Shown: one piece after another, positions 17,433-21,045 of the stretch
Layout: each line of letters opens with the position of its first letter
Position numbering within the stretch: position 1 is the stretch's first letter
Source of the DNA: Candidatus Caldarchaeales archaeon
GTDB taxonomy: Archaea; Thermoproteota; Nitrososphaeria_A; Caldarchaeales; Wolframiiraptoraceae
DNA length: 21,045 nucleotides
Direction: 5' to 3'
NCBI GenBank assembly: GCA_039630055.1
Contig: JBCNVN010000026.1
Span: 1-21,045 of the forward strand
Translations under genes and position numbers: made by a program
The notes under the pieces: model-generated
Seen by the model: the letters and a program-made list of their open reading frames with translations, nothing else
Database searches by the model: none
What the model was told of the DNA's origin: nothing

Positions 17433-17480
17433 ATAAAAATAAATTTTCCGAGTTCTTAAAAGCTTGAAGCGGTAGTATTT

Positions 17481-17606
17481 GGAGACGCCAGTACCCAGCT
17501 TTCGCGGGGGCTCCCGCACCCCACTAGTAGCTGGGCGGGAAAAGGCTTGACTTCCGCGTTCGGAATGAGTGCGGGTATTTCCCTTCTCCCTATGACCGGC
17601 GTCTCC
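17481..17606 (-). rRNA. rrf: 5S rRNA (stand-alone gene); mature ends uncertain by a few nt
   Basis: Minus strand GGAGACGCCGGTCATAGGGAGAAGGGAAATACCCGCACTCATTCCGAACGCGGAAGTCAAGCC...CTGGCGTCTCC. Terminal helix I, conserved loop C (CATTCCGAAC) and GAAGTCAAGC, helix CCCAGCT/AGCTGGG; about 125 nt and GC-rich. Confidence 0.93.
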
Positions 17607-17700
17607 AAAATGTATGGATACTCACTGTTATTTTAGGTTGTTTTCTCCCAGCTGATCAAAGTTAAAACCTTTCTCTAGTTCTAGGAGAAAGCTTTTTAGA

Positions 17701-18867
17701 ATGAGCTTTTCTGAATATATCGGATTGAATGCCCTATTAGATCTTCTTCAGATCGGTGGTCAGCAAGATCTTGTCTCGACCTTAGTCTCTTTAATATGGT
17801 TATTTCTACTGATGAGCTTCTTTCTATACCCTGGGCTTAGCCAGAGAATTCAACTATCTTATATGCTGAGAGATTTGGAGAGAAAACTGAATAGGCTTAA
17901 GAGTATTGATGATGAGGTTAGAGATAGAACTATTAAGACTCTTCAAGCCCATACTGAATCGAACATAGATGTAAGTAGCGAGCTGGAGAGGCTTCTAGAC
18001 TCATTCATAATATCTCCTGAATCTATGGATCCATACGGTATCGTCTATAAGCTTGAACATATCGTGAATACTTGGGAGGATAGATTCGAAGAAGATGTAG
18101 CTAAGATCTGTAGAAAGGCGGATGGTGTTAAGACAAAGACTTTGACAAATCTGGTAGAAGTTGCTAGGGGAGTACACTTCATATACCGATTTGTACGACA
18201 CTATTATCTACTTGGAAAGAAGACCTCGAACATATATCTCATCCTCCAGATACAGATGCTTATGCCTCAGATAATGGAGATTGCGAATGCGTATAGGCAA
18301 GCGAGCCATGCGTTTGTCCATGGACAACCTATCGGAGATGGGATAGGAGTATTATCAGTAGCAAAGCTTGCCTACGGTAGAGAGAAGAAGACTTACGAGA
18401 TAGCTAAAGATACTATAGCCCAGGAGCTAGATTTTGAAGGTAGAAGGCTTATAATAGTTAGAGCTGCTGGGCCAGGTGGAACAGTTGGTAGACCGGGTGA
18501 AGGGATTCAGAAGATAGTTGAAGCAGAAGGCGATAAAGTTAAGCTTATAATTACTGTAGATGCAGGTCTCAAGCTTGAGGGAGAGGAATCTGGTAAGATC
18601 GTTGAGGGTGTAGGCGTAGCTATAGGTGGGACAGGCGTAGACAAATACAGGATTGAAGAGATAGCAAGGTCGAGGGGGACACCTCTCTACGCTATAGTAA
18701 TATATGAGTCGATAACGGAGGCGATAACCCCTATGAAGGAAGCTATAGCAAAAGCGGCAGATAAAGTAATAGAGAAGATCAAGCAAGCTATCTCGGAGAA
18801 AGTGGAGAACGGCTCTACGGTAATAGTTGCAGGAATAGGAAACTCTGTAGGAATAGGTATAACCTAA
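17701..18867 (+). CDS. DUF1512-family protein (N-terminal TM, helical region, C-terminal alpha/beta domain)
   Basis: DPYGIVYKLEH, VRHYYLLGKKT, GQPIGDGIG, GPGGTVGRPG, ITVDAGLKLEGE, GIGNSVGIG. Confidence 0.85.
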   Translation: MSFSEYIGLNALLDLLQIGGQQDLVSTLVSLIWLFLLMSFFLYPGLSQRIQLSYMLRDLERKLNRLKSIDDEVRDRTIKTLQAHTESNIDVSSELERLLDSFIISPESMDPYGIVYKLEHIVNTWEDRFEEDVAKICRKADGVKTKTLTNLVEVARGVHFIYRFVRHYYLLGKKTSNIYLILQIQMLMPQIMEIANAYRQASHAFVHGQPIGDGIGVLSVAKLAYGREKKTYEIAKDTIAQELDFEGRRLIIVRAAGPGGTVGRPGEGIQKIVEAEGDKVKLIITVDAGLKLEGEESGKIVEGVGVAIGGTGVDKYRIEEIARSRGTPLYAIVIYESITEAITPMKEAIAKAADKVIEKIKQAISEKVENGSTVIVAGIGNSVGIGIT

Positions 18868-18947
18868 ATATCATAGAATAGAGACAGCTTCTTAACCGAT
18901 AAACAAGATATATTAACTGCTGTAAAAATATTCGGATAGATGGTGTA

Positions 18948-19166
18948 GTGACATTGTTCCCCATCAAATCTAGATTTGACAGATTTATCGAGCCGCTTAC
19001 ACATTTAACATGTTTTAACTGTAATACTGAGAACTCTAGACAATTTAGAGATGGAGACTACATATTTAAGGAAGTTGAAGAGAAATGCCCAAAATGCGGT
19101 ACGACGAGGATGCTTATAACAGGTATATATATTGAGGCTAGACAAGAAAAAGAGAGACAAGAGTAA
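18948..19166 (+). CDS. Small zinc-ribbon protein
   Basis: CFNC...RQFRDGDYIFK...CPKCG...ITGIY; GTG start after an SD-like GGTG. Confidence 0.75.
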   Translation: MTLFPIKSRFDRFIEPLTHLTCFNCNTENSRQFRDGDYIFKEVEEKCPKCGTTRMLITGIYIEARQEKERQE

Positions 19167-19379
19167 GTCATAGAAACCTTTGAAAAGCCTGGAACATCTC
19201 TCCATAAAGCTTTAAACGGTCGAGAACTCTCCCATCAAAAGATTAGTAATCTTAACTTACATGGATCCCAGCCATAACGACCTATGACCTCAACATTATC
19301 TCAATCAATATCCAAAAATTTTCAGCCGATATGTTAACGCAAAAAACTATGGGTTGAATTTGAAGCCGGTATTCCTATC

Positions 19380-19922
19380 CTAAATCCTCATCCGCATAGA
19401 GAACTCTAATAGATATCTGTCGATTACATCGGAGAGAAGACTTGCTATTTCAGATAGGTTGAAGGGCCAAGCATAGATTATCGGCTTTCCACATCTAGAC
19501 TTGAATTCTTCTAGAATTCTCGGTATATCTTCTTCGGAATGCTCTCCACCCCGTGTCATCATAGTCGTAGTGACGACTATAACCTCTACATCACTACTGC
19601 ATGCTTCTTCAATCGCCTCTTTAACTGTTGGCTTACAGAAATCGATAAATGCAATCCAGACCATACTATATCTTCTCTTCTTCTCTAACTCTTCAGCTAT
19701 CATCTGTAAAGAGTGATAGTAGGGATCGTTGGACTCGTTTCGCGGCCAGTTCATGACCTTCTCTTCAAGCGATTTGAAAGAAGCCTCTTCTTCAGGAGAT
19801 CTTTCTACCTTGAACTTCAACTTCATATATTCACGTCCGATCTCACTTGGGAGATCACGAGGTAACTGTCCGTGACCTACCAACACGACTCCTACTTTAA
19901 GCTTGTCGCTACTCACGCCCAT
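19380..19922 (-). CDS. CbiX/SirB-family class II chelatase
   Basis: VVLVGHG, AFIDFCKPTV.EAI, GEHSEEDIP, YAWP. ATG 19922 preferred over 19964. Confidence 0.85.
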   Translation of the reverse strand: MGVSSDKLKVGVVLVGHGQLPRDLPSEIGREYMKLKFKVERSPEEEASFKSLEEKVMNWPRNESNDPYYHSLQMIAEELEKKRRYSMVWIAFIDFCKPTVKEAIEEACSSDVEVIVVTTTMMTRGGEHSEEDIPRILEEFKSRCGKPIIYAWPFNLSEIASLLSDVIDRYLLEFSMRMRI

Positions 19923-20037
19923 AAAATGTTGTAGACCATATTTAATCCTTGCTAGATGACTCATAAAACATGAAGATTTTCAATTAGTGGTTGATTATGG
20001 TCTAACTTTATCTATAATCTTGTATAGTTCTCTATAT

Positions 20038-20934
20038 TTAGGTGATTATCTCGCATCCTTCTTCCGTTATGATGATTGTATGCTCCGCTTGTGCCACTGG
20101 TCTTCCCCTCTTCTCAACTAATACAGGATAAGAATAGACTCTGCCAGCTTTAACCATCTTGATATGAACCTCTCTAAACTTTTCAAATTCCTTAATCCAT
20201 CTAGTCGTGTATGGTAACCTATTAAACTTCTTGTAAAGAATCTCTGCAAGCATCTTTTCTTCTTCACTTAATTTCTTATCCATAATCCTTTCAATATTAA
20301 GTCTATATATCGTTACAGTAGATGATGAGATCACCTCTCCTGCCCCATCTGGTGTTGTTGCGAACGGTTCTATAGCATATACATGACCTAGCTGAAGCTT
20401 ACTTGACTGAGAAGTCTGTATATTCGGTATAGATAAGCCTGCATGTAGATTATATCTAGAGATCTCATGGCCTGTAAGATTCTTTATAGGCTTAAAACCT
20501 CTACCAACTATAGTCTTCTGGATTATCCCGCCTATCGTTGAAGCCTGCACTCCAGGTTTAATGATCTTGATAGATTCGAGAAGAGCTGTATTCACTGCTT
20601 CTACCAATGGCTCAAGCATAGAATTCAGAGAAATAGTTACAGCAGTATCAGCAATATATCCATCCAATGATACTCCTAAGTCTACTTTTACGAGAGACCC
20701 TGAGGTAATTATAGAAGTGTCTTCTAGAGATGGAGTATAATGAGCAGCTACCTCATCTATACAGATATTACAGGGAAAGGCGGGAACCGCTCCTTCATCG
20801 ATTATCAGGCCCTCGATAATATTGCATAGTTCTATTATACTCATACCTTCTCTTACCAGGTCTAAAGCCTTCTCTCTAACCCTTCTAGCAATCCTACCCG
20901 CCTCTCTCAAACTATCTAACCCCTCCATGCTCAC
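20038..20934 (-). CDS. map: Type II methionine aminopeptidase
   Basis: AFPCN, AAHYTP, KVDLG..DGYIADTA, NLTGH, LHAG, AIEPFAT, type II helical insert, AQAEHT. Start GTG 20934 or ATG 20928. Confidence 0.95.
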   Translation of the reverse strand: MSMEGLDSLREAGRIARRVREKALDLVREGMSIIELCNIIEGLIIDEGAVPAFPCNICIDEVAAHYTPSLEDTSIITSGSLVKVDLGVSLDGYIADTAVTISLNSMLEPLVEAVNTALLESIKIIKPGVQASTIGGIIQKTIVGRGFKPIKNLTGHEISRYNLHAGLSIPNIQTSQSSKLQLGHVYAIEPFATTPDGAGEVISSSTVTIYRLNIERIMDKKLSEEEKMLAEILYKKFNRLPYTTRWIKEFEKFREVHIKMVKAGRVYSYPVLVEKRGRPVAQAEHTIIITEEGCEIIT

Positions 20935-21045
20935 AGAACCTAGCCACCATCATTATGTAAAATGAGTAATTTAAAAATAAGCCTGTATATCCGAGATGAC
21001 GTGGTAGACCTTCCCGACATACTAAAACTAAGAAGTTAACATAAT

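Noticed and set aside
17478-17609. MITE suggested by the terminal inverted repeats
   Set aside because: The interior carries conserved 5S rRNA motifs; the inverted repeat is helix I.

Overview
Core-genome window from an archaeon. The gene content, stand-alone 5S rRNA gene and TATA boxes just upstream of start codons suggest a TACK lineage such as Aigarchaeota/Nitrososphaerota or Bathyarchaeia (inference). It contains about 24 protein genes, tRNA-Asn(GTT), a 5S rRNA gene and a probable box C/D sRNA. No CRISPR array or mobile element was seen. Housekeeping genes include an isocitrate dehydrogenase-family enzyme, Nob1, NAD kinase, IlvE, UbiX, TtuA/NcsA, a CbiX-type chelatase, type II MetAP, archaemetzincin, a JAMM peptidase and a site-2 protease. 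The most notable feature is a translationally coupled three-gene operon (5745 to 2656, minus strand). It encodes a short, apparently hinge-less SMC ATPase with SMC5/6-type head motifs, a ScpA-like kleisin and an Nse1/Nse3-like KITE, i.e. a candidate minimal archaeal SMC5/6-like complex. Other leads: a three-HTH gene cluster whose membrane-anchored member lies near the site-2 protease (possible regulated intramembrane proteolysis), and a frameshifted PPC-domain gene. All family assignments come from motif recognition by eye, not database searches.
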